Assembly: GCA_012270065.1 (NCBI GenBank)
Contig: JAAXJB010000118.1
Location: 7,983-71,982, forward strand
Origin: Rubripirellula sp.
GTDB lineage: Bacteria > Planctomycetota > Planctomycetia > Pirellulales > Pirellulaceae
Direction: 5' to 3'
DNA length: 64,000 nucleotides
Below the pieces are notes generated by a model. That model had not been told where the DNA came from. It ran no database searches and saw nothing but the letters and a program-made list of their open reading frames with translations. Position numbers and translations under genes: made by a program. Positions 52,214-61,503 of the stretch are shown piece by piece; the first letter of the stretch is position 1; the number at the start of each line of letters is the position of its first letter.

Positions 52214-54475
52214 TCAGCGCTTACGTAGAAAAAAAAGATAAAATATTCGCGACTCAAAAGCCGCATAAACATCTTCCCGGCGTTGCGTCAACTGAACAAC
52301 GAAGTCGTCGAACTCGGCGAATCTTCCCTCCAACTCCTCCAGCTGAACCATGACTTTGGTCAGATATTCATCACAGCGCTGCGGCGAATCACAGACATCG
52401 AGGTACCCGGAAGTGGTTTGTTCAAGCAATTTCAACTGGGAAGCAAACTCTGCTTTCCCTTCCACGCTCACCAGTTCGCTCACGCGAGCTTTCAAGGAAC
52501 TTCGGACGCGATTCAAGGAGGCGAATACATTGCCGATCGCGTCGATGATTTCCGTTCGCTTGGTCGTATCATCAATTCGCAAGTTGCTGACCGTTTCCGT
52601 CAGCAACTCAAGCTGGCCACCCGAGGCATCGATTTCCTCCTCCAGGTCCTTGGCCTGGGCAACCGTGGCAACCGACTCGACCTTCTGCCCCGCCTCCTCA
52701 ACACGAGTAACGTAGGGATCAAGTGCTCCGGGTGTGAGGAGAAAATCAACACATCGGCGGCTGATACGTTCGGCCCACTCAGCCGTTGTTTCTTCCAGTT
52801 CAACAACAAGAGCTTCATCAACGTAACGAAGTTCTTTCAGTCCCAGCGAATGTCCACGTTGCTCGCGAAGCGATGCCAGCGTTGCGACAAAGTCATCAAT
52901 GTTCTCGAAACGTCCACGTTCGATCCCCTTGATGAGTTCCTCGACACTTTGCTGCACTTCCTTCGTACGCGACTGGGTATCACGTCGAACTCGCACCACC
53001 TTTTCGTATTCTTCCACGGCAGCATTGGCAGCTGCGCGGATTTTCTGAAGTGGTTCCGCCAATTTTTCTGCATCGGCCTTATCGATCCAGAAATAGCCAT
53101 CCAGTATGTCAGATGCTTTTTTCCCAAGATCAACATAGACCCCCTCGTAACTGTCATCCTTGTCAATCAACTGGATAACTTCACTGCACTCCGCCATGCC
53201 GCGAACGATTTCCTTGTTTCCGACTTTGAACAGCAACGAGTCTGCCTGACCCTCGGGGGCGATGACTTCGTTGGTGAACGGCGTCTGCCAGACCTGAATG
53301 GCATGATGCTTCTGAGGCTCATCCTGAGCCTGAAAACAGACCATTTCGCCACCGTCAAAAATACTCTGCCCATGACACACCAGCGGGGTATCGACGGTCT
53401 GATTGATCAAGTTGTAACGCAGCTGGATGTATGTACCTGATTCCGGGTTGTAAAACAGATACAGAAAATCTTCACCATTGGCCGCAGCCACAGTGCGTTG
53501 ATAACGCATCCCGCGCAAGCCGTGATCGAACCGTTTGTATTCGCCGGTCTGAAGATAATAACCGCCGGGAAAAACCAGCCCGTGATCGTTCGGCAGCATC
53601 ACACATGAGTGCTCAATTTCATCAAGGCGCATCGCCTGATTGATTTTTCCATTGAACACAAAAAAGCGGTCTTTATCTTCCTGATAAGGCCGGATTTTCA
53701 ACAGCACCAGATTACCCACAATCGCATAGTGGATCTCAGCATCGTCGAGTGTCTGATCAGGATTATCCACCGGCTCAGCGTAGATTCCCTCCCCACTGTC
53801 GGTGTTGTTCTCAACTTTGATCGTCAGATCACCACCAACCGTTTCAACGAAGACGACGTCTTCGATTGAGATGTGGGGATGACTTCCGTAGTGATGCTGA
53901 TCTCTGGTGGTTCGGACCCAGCGAAACTCATGCTGTGGCGGGTCTTTGACTTCGTGTTCACTGCGATTGTCAATGTATTCAAGCCGGTTTTCGCCGACAC
54001 GCCACTTGAAAGACTTGATGTCCCTGGACGTTTTGCCCACTTGGAACACCATGTGCAACATTGGCCCTTTGCGAAAGAAACGGGCGAAACGAGTGTCTTT
54101 GTAGAACCGGTACAGTTCGTGAAAATCACTGACAAAACGCTCGTCGCCAATCACATCCAGATTCTGGGCGTGAAACGCATGCTCCCGGAACTCATAGGCT
54201 GAAAAAACATCAGCCAAATCGATCTCCGACTTCAAGCCGAATTGGACGTTGTATCCGAAGATAAACTGGTCACCGACTGCAACCAGATCACGCGGGGTAC
54301 AGTTATGATCCGTTGTCACCCTCTCCGTCGAGAGCAGAACGGTTTCAATGTTCCCGAATACCTCGGCCCGCAACTCGTTCAGGTTTGTCAGACGGGTGCG
54401 CAGGTCGGCAGAGGCATCCCGCAAACGATTGCGAAGGACTTCATAGGTCCCGGCTGCGAGTTGAGTTTCTGTCAT
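52214..54475 (-). CDS. N-terminal fragment of the large ATPase (DUF3686-like)
   Basis: GTYEVLRNRL, RVTTDHNCTPRD, VFVETVGGDLTIKVENNT, PNDHGLVFPGGYYLQTGE, HHAIQVWQTPF, LEELEGRFAEFD; ATG 54475. Confidence 0.75.
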   Translation of the reverse strand: MTETQLAAGTYEVLRNRLRDASADLRTRLTNLNELRAEVFGNIETVLLSTERVTTDHNCTPRDLVAVGDQFIFGYNVQFGLKSEIDLADVFSAYEFREHAFHAQNLDVIGDERFVSDFHELYRFYKDTRFARFFRKGPMLHMVFQVGKTSRDIKSFKWRVGENRLEYIDNRSEHEVKDPPQHEFRWVRTTRDQHHYGSHPHISIEDVVFVETVGGDLTIKVENNTDSGEGIYAEPVDNPDQTLDDAEIHYAIVGNLVLLKIRPYQEDKDRFFVFNGKINQAMRLDEIEHSCVMLPNDHGLVFPGGYYLQTGEYKRFDHGLRGMRYQRTVAAANGEDFLYLFYNPESGTYIQLRYNLINQTVDTPLVCHGQSIFDGGEMVCFQAQDEPQKHHAIQVWQTPFTNEVIAPEGQADSLLFKVGNKEIVRGMAECSEVIQLIDKDDSYEGVYVDLGKKASDILDGYFWIDKADAEKLAEPLQKIRAAANAAVEEYEKVVRVRRDTQSRTKEVQQSVEELIKGIERGRFENIDDFVATLASLREQRGHSLGLKELRYVDEALVVELEETTAEWAERISRRCVDFLLTPGALDPYVTRVEEAGQKVESVATVAQAKDLEEEIDASGGQLELLTETVSNLRIDDTTKRTEIIDAIGNVFASLNRVRSSLKARVSELVSVEGKAEFASQLKLLEQTTSGYLDVCDSPQRCDEYLTKVMVQLEELEGRFAEFDDFVVQLTQRREDVYAAFESRIFYLFFLRKR

Positions 54476-54623
54476 GAATGGTCGCCCATGGATGGTCGTG
54501 GCTGAAACCAGAACAAGCGAGATCGGTTCCAGCAAATTCTCCAAATGCTTTGTTCAAAGCCACTCCCTGACACAATGATCACGACATCGTGCCAGGGAAG
54601 CGGAGTAATCCTACACCTTGGCC

Positions 54624-56777
54624 CTAGCCATTACGGCCATTCGAGCTGGATGAAGGGCTTGGAGCCAGCAAGCGACCAGCCTTCTGATCGGCGACATTCG
54701 CGGTTCCCGCCATACTCAGCAAACCAGTCAACTGTGACCTGACATCATCCGTGGTCGCCAATCCCATCATTTTTGCAATCAACGCTGCGATGGAGAGGTC
54801 TTTCACGCCATCAGTATCGAGATTGAACTGCTTGACGAGATCAGACAACTGGCTCTGGAAGTACTCCGCGTTACCATCGAAGAACGTATCTTTGATATCA
54901 GTTGCCACCTTGCTGTTGTAGACGAACCGGTCGATCGCTTTACCACCCTTGACTGCGGAGGTGATCTGATCGAAGAACTCACCGTCGCCACCGACGATGT
55001 CAATCCTCGCCGACCGCAGAGCATCTGCGACCACTCCTGCCTGACTTTCAGCAATGCCTCGCTGAGCATCGATCGCGGCGATCTCGACCTGTTTTTCCTT
55101 GTCCAATTCGAGCTTGAACTCTTCATGGTCTTTACCGACATCATCAAGCTGCTTCATCGCTTCTGCTTTCTCGGTGATACCGGTGGCTTCGCTGTGATAC
55201 TTCTCGCGTGACACGTTTGCTTCCGCCAGCCCCTGTTTTTCAATGGCATCTGCTTTTGCCTCAATTCCCTTGGCCTCAGCAACAGCTTTCTTCTCCAGGA
55301 CACTGGCCTCAGCCGAGCCTTCTTTCTCAAGACTCACTGCCTTGGCTTCCTGCACTGTCGCTTCCGCAAGACCTGCAGCAGCGGCAGCAGCGGCATCAGC
55401 CTCGGCCAGCATTTTCGTGGCCGCAGTTTCTTTTTCGGCGGCATCACGCTTGGCCTCAGCTTCGATACGAACCTTGTCCGCCAACAGAGTGCTGGCATCT
55501 TTTTCTGCCTGTGCCTGCTTGGTCTGCTGAATCAACTGCTCCTCGGCTTTCATTTCAGCTGCAACGATCTGCACTTTCTTTGTTCTTTCAGCAGTCGCAA
55601 ATTCTTCCGTATCCTTGATTCTCTCCTGTTCCTCCACGACAGAGCGTTCAACAGCAACCCGTTCACGAATCACTTCCTGAATGTTCCGCTTCTCGATTTC
55701 GATTGCTTTCTCTTTCTCGACATCAGCTACGCCAACAACACGCAGACGTTCGGTCTTTTCCAGATCACGATCACGACTGACACGTTCCAGTTCAACTGCA
55801 TCCGTCTTTTCCTTGTTTCGCTGTGCAACAAGAACCTGACGCGACTTATTCTCTTCGGCAATTCCGATTTCCTCTTCCGTGACGATCCTGGCCCGCTCGG
55901 ACTCCAATCGCTGCTCTTCCTGAACTTTCTTGGCGGCCGCCTGCTCACGTGCGGAGATTTCGGCTATCTCACGCTGCTGCTTTTCAACGGCCTCCACTCT
56001 CTGACGTTCCAGAGCCAGAATGGTTTCCTGTGCCTCAACATCCTGTTTCTTGAGCGTTTTTTCCTTGTCACGCGTGAACTGGTTTTCCTTGACCTTCTCA
56101 GACGCCGTCAGTTCGGTGATCTTCTTGATACCCTCGGCATCAAGAATATTGGTTGGGCTGAGCATTTCGAGGGAAGTCTGTTCCAGATAGTCAATCGCCG
56201 CATCATCAAGGCGATAACCATTCAAATCAGTACCAATGACCTTCAGAATCTCGTCTTTGAACTTGTCACGCTGGTCATAAAGATCGACAAAGTCAAACTG
56301 TTTTCCAACCGTCTTGAGTGCCTCACTGAACTTCGCATCAAACAATTCGCGGAGTGTATCAATTTCGCTACAGCGACGGGCTCCGATGGACTGGGCAACC
56401 TCTTTCATTTCTTCCTGAGTGTTGTCGACACGAATGAAGAACGCAACTTTGATATCCGCACGAATGTTGTCCTGGCAAATCAAGCCTTCGCTCTGCTCGC
56501 GATGGATTTCAAAACTCTTCAGAGTCAAATCCATGAACTCGTAGCGGTGAAACAGAGGGATAATGAACTTGCCACCTGCCGTGGTCACGTCCAATCCGCC
56601 CATACCGGACTTGACGATTGCCTTGTCAGGCCCGACGACGATGTAGTACTTCTTGAAGAAAGCCAGCGACAGCACGACGGCAGTCAATACCAACGCCAAG
56701 CCGATTACCCAACCATTGGAGAGCAGGCTTGAACTCTGGGCCATCAGAGCAGAGGAAAAGTTGATTGCAAGAATCAC
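54624..56777 (-). CDS. Flotillin-like SPFH protein (YqiK-like) with long coiled coil
   Basis: N-terminal TM, SPFH domain (EGLICQDNIRADIKVAFFIRV, LDDAAIDYLEQT), AEA/EK-rich coiled coil, RIDIVGGDGEFFD. Confidence 0.9.
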   Translation of the reverse strand: MILAINFSSALMAQSSSLLSNGWVIGLALVLTAVVLSLAFFKKYYIVVGPDKAIVKSGMGGLDVTTAGGKFIIPLFHRYEFMDLTLKSFEIHREQSEGLICQDNIRADIKVAFFIRVDNTQEEMKEVAQSIGARRCSEIDTLRELFDAKFSEALKTVGKQFDFVDLYDQRDKFKDEILKVIGTDLNGYRLDDAAIDYLEQTSLEMLSPTNILDAEGIKKITELTASEKVKENQFTRDKEKTLKKQDVEAQETILALERQRVEAVEKQQREIAEISAREQAAAKKVQEEQRLESERARIVTEEEIGIAEENKSRQVLVAQRNKEKTDAVELERVSRDRDLEKTERLRVVGVADVEKEKAIEIEKRNIQEVIRERVAVERSVVEEQERIKDTEEFATAERTKKVQIVAAEMKAEEQLIQQTKQAQAEKDASTLLADKVRIEAEAKRDAAEKETAATKMLAEADAAAAAAAGLAEATVQEAKAVSLEKEGSAEASVLEKKAVAEAKGIEAKADAIEKQGLAEANVSREKYHSEATGITEKAEAMKQLDDVGKDHEEFKLELDKEKQVEIAAIDAQRGIAESQAGVVADALRSARIDIVGGDGEFFDQITSAVKGGKAIDRFVYNSKVATDIKDTFFDGNAEYFQSQLSDLVKQFNLDTDGVKDLSIAALIAKMMGLATTDDVRSQLTGLLSMAGTANVADQKAGRLLAPSPSSSSNGRNG

Positions 56778-57502
56778 GAGGTGGTCTCCTGTTGAAGATG
56801 CGTGACTTTGTAGATTCGTTTGTCTCGATCAAAACCAATAATCCGGACCTCGGTTCCTTTGGGGATATGAGGCCCATCTGTTCGCACATTCAACAGCAAC
56901 GGTGCTGCATTGGTACGAAACTTCGCTTGTCCAAATTCGCCTGTTGCTTCAGCCGTGCAAATCTCGCACGTTGCTCCCAACAGCTTTTCATGCCCATATT
57001 TTGGAGGTGGCACGAAAAACCTCAGCATTGGCTGAGTCACCCCTTTGGTAATCCCCAACGCGATCACAAAGTTCGGGAACGCCAGAAGGGTGCTTGAAAA
57101 CCAGCCTGGAGGCGAAAACCAGCCTGACTCCAGGGTGTGCCATAACGCATACGAAACTGACCAGAAGGCAACGGTAAATATCCCGCCCCATAACACCAGG
57201 GGCACACGCCCGAAGTTGGTCGCTCGAATGCTGCCCGCACCCAAACCATGCAAGAAGTCGATCCCGAAATCTCCACCCTCCGGTGCATCGATCCCGCCAG
57301 CCTCGACAGAAACGTCCATGTCCAGCCCAGGATCCAGATCCAAGCCCGGATCAAGATCCAAATCAGGCGGGTCGAACCCCAAATCAATCAGACCGATCAC
57401 GGCCAACACCGTGTAGCCGACCATCAAACACACGAGAATCGATGCAGGCCATACAGGACCTACAAACATTCGATCAGCTAGTTCAATCAGCGACTCTGGC
57501 AC
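56774..57502 (-). CDS. YqiJ/NfeD-like membrane protein with C-terminal OB-fold
   Basis: Hydrophobic helices, acidic DLDPGL linker, NFGRVPLVLW, G..CEICT....FGQA, APLLLNVR, KG.EVRII.FD; its TGA overlaps the flotillin GTG (GTGA). Confidence 0.8.
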   Translation of the reverse strand: MPESLIELADRMFVGPVWPASILVCLMVGYTVLAVIGLIDLGFDPPDLDLDPGLDLDPGLDMDVSVEAGGIDAPEGGDFGIDFLHGLGAGSIRATNFGRVPLVLWGGIFTVAFWSVSYALWHTLESGWFSPPGWFSSTLLAFPNFVIALGITKGVTQPMLRFFVPPPKYGHEKLLGATCEICTAEATGEFGQAKFRTNAAPLLLNVRTDGPHIPKGTEVRIIGFDRDKRIYKVTHLQQETTS

Positions 57503-57961
57503 GGATTCTGGTCTCTTGAAATTGAGGTTATCGAAGATAGCTTAGTTTCATGGCAGCACAATGAAGCGCTTAGGGCGCAATTTAGCGACTTTTTTCTACT
57601 TGGACCTGCTCGCTATGCCGGCAATGCCAAAGAGGACCATGGCGTGCTTGGAATCCAACCAATGCCCAACATCTCGCGACCCCTCATTTCTCCCAAGCCC
57701 AGCCGGCCATGATGAACAATTGGAGCTTCGCTGATCGAAGCGAGTCGCCATGCAGTCTGTCAGAGACAAACGTGTATCGGCGATGCTTCGCTTTGTACCG
57801 AACACCATATCGACACGGTTTGCCGCACTCAAGCAGCCGCTGCCCCCCACCCAGATCAGGAAAATGGCGTCTCAGTTCTACGAATGGGCAGGAACGGCAG
57901 GGAACTTCCGACGTCACCAAATCCGACAAACCTGATGACACCCGACGAAAGGCTCAAGTAT

Positions 57962-60900
57962 TCAATTCAAGGACTGCAGATATTTCACCACATCAACCAA
58001 CTCTGACTCCGTCAACAAGTCATCAAGCCCAGCAGGCATGACAGACACGCTCTGGGGCTCCATCCGGTCAACGTCTCCTTCAAGAATTTGCACATGCTTG
58101 CCATTGGGCAACTGCAGCCGAATCACGTCACTGGACTCTCCAACCAGCAAGCCCGAAAAGACCTGCCCGTGACGTGTTAAAACCTGATAGGTCGTGTAAT
58201 CACGAACAATACTGGCGGATGGAAAGACGACGGACTCGAGAAGATCTGTTGCAGAACGATTGGCACCAATTGTCGTCAAATCAGGCCCAACCGCCTGCCC
58301 CCGATCCCCGACTCGATGACAGCTGCTGCACTTGGCTTTTTCGCTCTCAAACAGCAGTTGTCCTCGAACTGCATCCCCAGTCGCCAAGCGGCCACGAAGT
58401 TCTTCCAGACGTTCACGCTTCTGCTGCTGATTGACTTTCAGACGATCCAGAAGTCTGTTCGCAAATGAAATCGTTTCACGGGGGAACCTTTTGATGACAT
58501 CGGACAGTTCGTGCTCCGGAAGCGTCAGAAATCCTTCAGCTTTGTCAATGGATTCAAGGAAACGATTAGCGGTGCCGCTTGACAACTGTCGTTGAAATGG
58601 CCTTATCAAGTCACGCAACTGCTGGGAGGACGCGTCTTCGAGAAGAGGCAGAATCAATTCCAACTGACCGTCGGTCAATCTCGCAGTGCCAATGATTCGT
58701 GCTGCACGAGCTGATTCCGTGGGTGAAACAGAATCAGAGCACAATCGAACCAGTTGCTGCAAAGCTTTGGTGTCGACCGCGCCTGCGTGAAGAGCAGCCA
58801 ACGCGTCCATTTTGACACTGACGGGTACACTCTGAGCCTGCGCTACATGCCGCAAGCCTTCCTGCCAGACAGATTTGGGCCATCTTGAGGCGACCATAAC
58901 GCCTGCTTTTGCGGTATCAATGGACTCACCCATCATCAAATCCGCCACCGGCATGAGCCACGAATCATGAGGTCGCGTCCAACTTCCCTCTGCAATCGCA
59001 TTGAGTGCCAACAGTTGTTTGCCCTGCTCTGGCCCCTTCAGCATTTCGGCAGCCAAAAGGGCAATCTGATCACGTCCCACAAGACCAGCAAGCAGATACC
59101 GCACACTGGCATCTCCGGCTTTTGCCGATGCAATCCGGACACGAAGCATGGACGACACCTCTGATTCCCATTCAGGATGCCGTTCGATCGCATGAAGAGC
59201 CATCTGCTGCAACATCGGTTCTTCAAATTCAAACATTGCCTCCAACGCTTCCGTGCGACTCAATTCGACATCGTCAATCTGGGAAATCGCCATCAACAAG
59301 CTTTGCCGCTGACGAAGATGCAAATCGCCATCGGCTGGACAATTTTCCAAAACACGTCGCAGAATCTCTTCATCTCCTATTTCAACCAGGGCGTAAACAA
59401 TGGCATGACGCTCACTCAAATCAAGCTCCGGACGCAATAGACAATCCGCGAGTGCCTGCACACCTGCAGAAATGCGTTTCCTACCCACGGTCGCTTGAGC
59501 TTGCCTACGGACATGAGGACTCACATCACGCAGCAAAGGGGACAACACAGAAAAATCAACACTGACCTTACTGAATCCCAAACATCGGCAGGCCAACTGC
59601 CTCAAGTCAGACGCTGCATCGTTCAATGCGGTTGTCAGGGCGGCAACCGCCGGTTCAGCCGAGGCGGCCTCCTGAGCAAGACGGCCTAAAGCCAGAATTG
59701 CCTGACGCCGCACACGTGGCTTTGCATGCCGGATCGCAGATCGCAACTCGGGAATCAACTCACTGCCTCGCTTGACCACTTCATCGCATGCAGCCTGACG
59801 AACCGCGTGACGATGGTCAGCGAACCGTTGCACCAGAACTTGCGGAGTCTGCGATTTCCATTCCATCAACAGCCCGCGAGGATCAGCAACCGATTCCATG
59901 CCATCACGGCGGACACGATAAATTCCACCGAGCAACTCAGGCTTGGCAAACTGGGAAGTAGGGCATCCACGATAGAACCATCCCCCGGTATCAATGACCA
60001 ACAGACTGCCGTCAGCATCTTCCAATACGTCAGTGGGATGAAAATCGCGACTCCCGGAAGTCAGAAATTCATGCTGGGTGAACTCATAAGTTGCCCCCTT
60101 GATTCCCGGCTTCAAACGCACGACTTTTCCGCTGTTGAAAAATGTCGCGAATAAATCATTCTTCCAATGGGTATCAAAGCCACCGCTTCGATAGCGTGTC
60201 ATTCCAGACACGGCGACATGCCCAAACCGGTGAGCGGGCCCAAGCAGGGGACCGGTAACCTTGATCTCATCGAGGACACGTTCCCGATGCGGGTATGCCC
60301 CACCATGCAGCCAGTGCACCAGGCAGTCGACGCGAGGTCGTGTGTAGAGGATGTTGACCGTTCCGAGCATGTCCCCGGACTCCGTGAAATCAACCTCGAC
60401 TGGATTGTCCATTCCTCCTCCACAATGAATCCGCCTGTCAGAACCATCGGGTAAACAGGAAAACAGGTAAGATCCCTCACGTTTGCTGGTGACCTCTCCC
60501 TCACCATCACTGAACTCGTGCCCGTGGTATCCGTCAGTCCAGTAAAGCCGCCCATCAGGCCCCATGAAACAGCCATGAATGCTCGCGGCGTTGCCGGTGT
60601 AGCCGAATTGCCTGACTATGATTTCTCGCCGATCGGCAACCCCATCATCATCAAGATCCGTCAAACGCCAAATATTCGGCGGAGAGGCCACAAACAACGA
60701 TCCATCATGCCAGACGCCACCCATGGGGAAAGTCATCTTGTCAGCAAAAACCCGAAAGGAATCAAAACGACCGTCTCCGTCCTCATCAATCAGCTGACGG
60801 ATTGAGTTCGGAAGATTCTGTTCCAACTCCTCATTGTTCATGTTCACACCTGCATTATTGCAGACGTAAAGTCTGCCCCTGTTGTCAAAGGCAGCCATGG

Positions 60901-61153
60901 TCGGATGCGTCACCAGGGGTGGCCCAGCAACAAGTTCAACTGTAAACCCCTCAGGTACCTTGATTGGCACCGCACTGAATCCGCGGGATACGTTTTCAAC
61001 TTCCGCCTCAGCGGAATTTTCTGATGCCGCATCCTGAGCTTTCAAGCGTTGTTCCGGCAACACAACCAACAACGCGGCCATCCACCACAGGCACGACAAC
61101 CGGAACTCGTGGCTCGAAAAACACAAAAACAGAATTCGCAGCACGACAGTCAC
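57962..61153 (-). CDS. PVC-type heme-binding CxxCH protein (glucose/sorbosone dehydrogenase-like propeller + HEAT repeats + cytochrome c)
   Basis: VPEGFTVELVAGPPLVTHPTMAAFDNRGRLYV, DEDGDGRFD, GPDGRLYW, DFHPTDVLEDADGSLLVIDTGGW, RG..LF...KCSSCH, VGPDLTTIG, SVMPAGL. Confidence 0.9.
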   Translation of the reverse strand: MTVVLRILFLCFSSHEFRLSCLWWMAALLVVLPEQRLKAQDAASENSAEAEVENVSRGFSAVPIKVPEGFTVELVAGPPLVTHPTMAAFDNRGRLYVCNNAGVNMNNEELEQNLPNSIRQLIDEDGDGRFDSFRVFADKMTFPMGGVWHDGSLFVASPPNIWRLTDLDDDGVADRREIIVRQFGYTGNAASIHGCFMGPDGRLYWTDGYHGHEFSDGEGEVTSKREGSYLFSCLPDGSDRRIHCGGGMDNPVEVDFTESGDMLGTVNILYTRPRVDCLVHWLHGGAYPHRERVLDEIKVTGPLLGPAHRFGHVAVSGMTRYRSGGFDTHWKNDLFATFFNSGKVVRLKPGIKGATYEFTQHEFLTSGSRDFHPTDVLEDADGSLLVIDTGGWFYRGCPTSQFAKPELLGGIYRVRRDGMESVADPRGLLMEWKSQTPQVLVQRFADHRHAVRQAACDEVVKRGSELIPELRSAIRHAKPRVRRQAILALGRLAQEAASAEPAVAALTTALNDAASDLRQLACRCLGFSKVSVDFSVLSPLLRDVSPHVRRQAQATVGRKRISAGVQALADCLLRPELDLSERHAIVYALVEIGDEEILRRVLENCPADGDLHLRQRQSLLMAISQIDDVELSRTEALEAMFEFEEPMLQQMALHAIERHPEWESEVSSMLRVRIASAKAGDASVRYLLAGLVGRDQIALLAAEMLKGPEQGKQLLALNAIAEGSWTRPHDSWLMPVADLMMGESIDTAKAGVMVASRWPKSVWQEGLRHVAQAQSVPVSVKMDALAALHAGAVDTKALQQLVRLCSDSVSPTESARAARIIGTARLTDGQLELILPLLEDASSQQLRDLIRPFQRQLSSGTANRFLESIDKAEGFLTLPEHELSDVIKRFPRETISFANRLLDRLKVNQQQKRERLEELRGRLATGDAVRGQLLFESEKAKCSSCHRVGDRGQAVGPDLTTIGANRSATDLLESVVFPSASIVRDYTTYQVLTRHGQVFSGLLVGESSDVIRLQLPNGKHVQILEGDVDRMEPQSVSVMPAGLDDLLTESELVDVVKYLQSLN

Positions 61154-61503
61154 CTCACGCGGGCACCAGAAATCAAACTGACAGACAAGACGGACCGGGG
61201 AAACACTGTTCTAAGCAATAGCACCGGAACTTACCCCTGACGCAACCCGCCCGCAAGCAATTCAGTTCACGCGGTCGCTCACAACTGCCTGAAAACAGGT
61301 GATGACCAACACGCAAATCAGGGCAAGCATCAGGGCTGCATGAAATTCAATAACCGCCCTGAAACTCAACAATCGACGATAACTGCCCAACCGTCACCAA
61401 AACATCCAACTTGCCGAAGAACTCAATTCGAACAGTCAGCAAGCACGAAAATTCCCGACAATCAAGCCTCTCCGCCTTTGCGGAAATGGTGGACGATGAA
61501 TGA

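Larger units (their letters stand above)
49229..54475 (-). pseudogene. Large AAA+ 'DNA repair ATPase' (DUF3686-type, ~1748 codons) interrupted by two in-frame stops
   Basis: The two ORF-track pieces are in the same frame (321-nt gap). Manual translation of the gap gives protein-like text (SESLASAAGRILKGINSRVNKMESTDEIAAYFAGDLMVEKVRDIIEQL...KDR*DLYEDGG...NTQPLDLTTV) with TGA at 52214-52216 and TAG at 51977-51979. Confidence 0.8.

Noticed and set aside
52225-52247. Programmed or slippage frameshift at the A/T run in the ATPase gene
   Set aside because: The upstream and downstream parts are in the same frame; the lesion is in-frame stops, not a frameshift.
52283-53440. 385-aa plus-strand ORF, and similar long antisense ORFs (8634-9257, 17488-18156, 18157-18723, 26342-26911, 28687-29376, 34027-34695, 39696-40406)
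   Set aside because: They are shadow frames opposite well-supported genes, with no family motifs.
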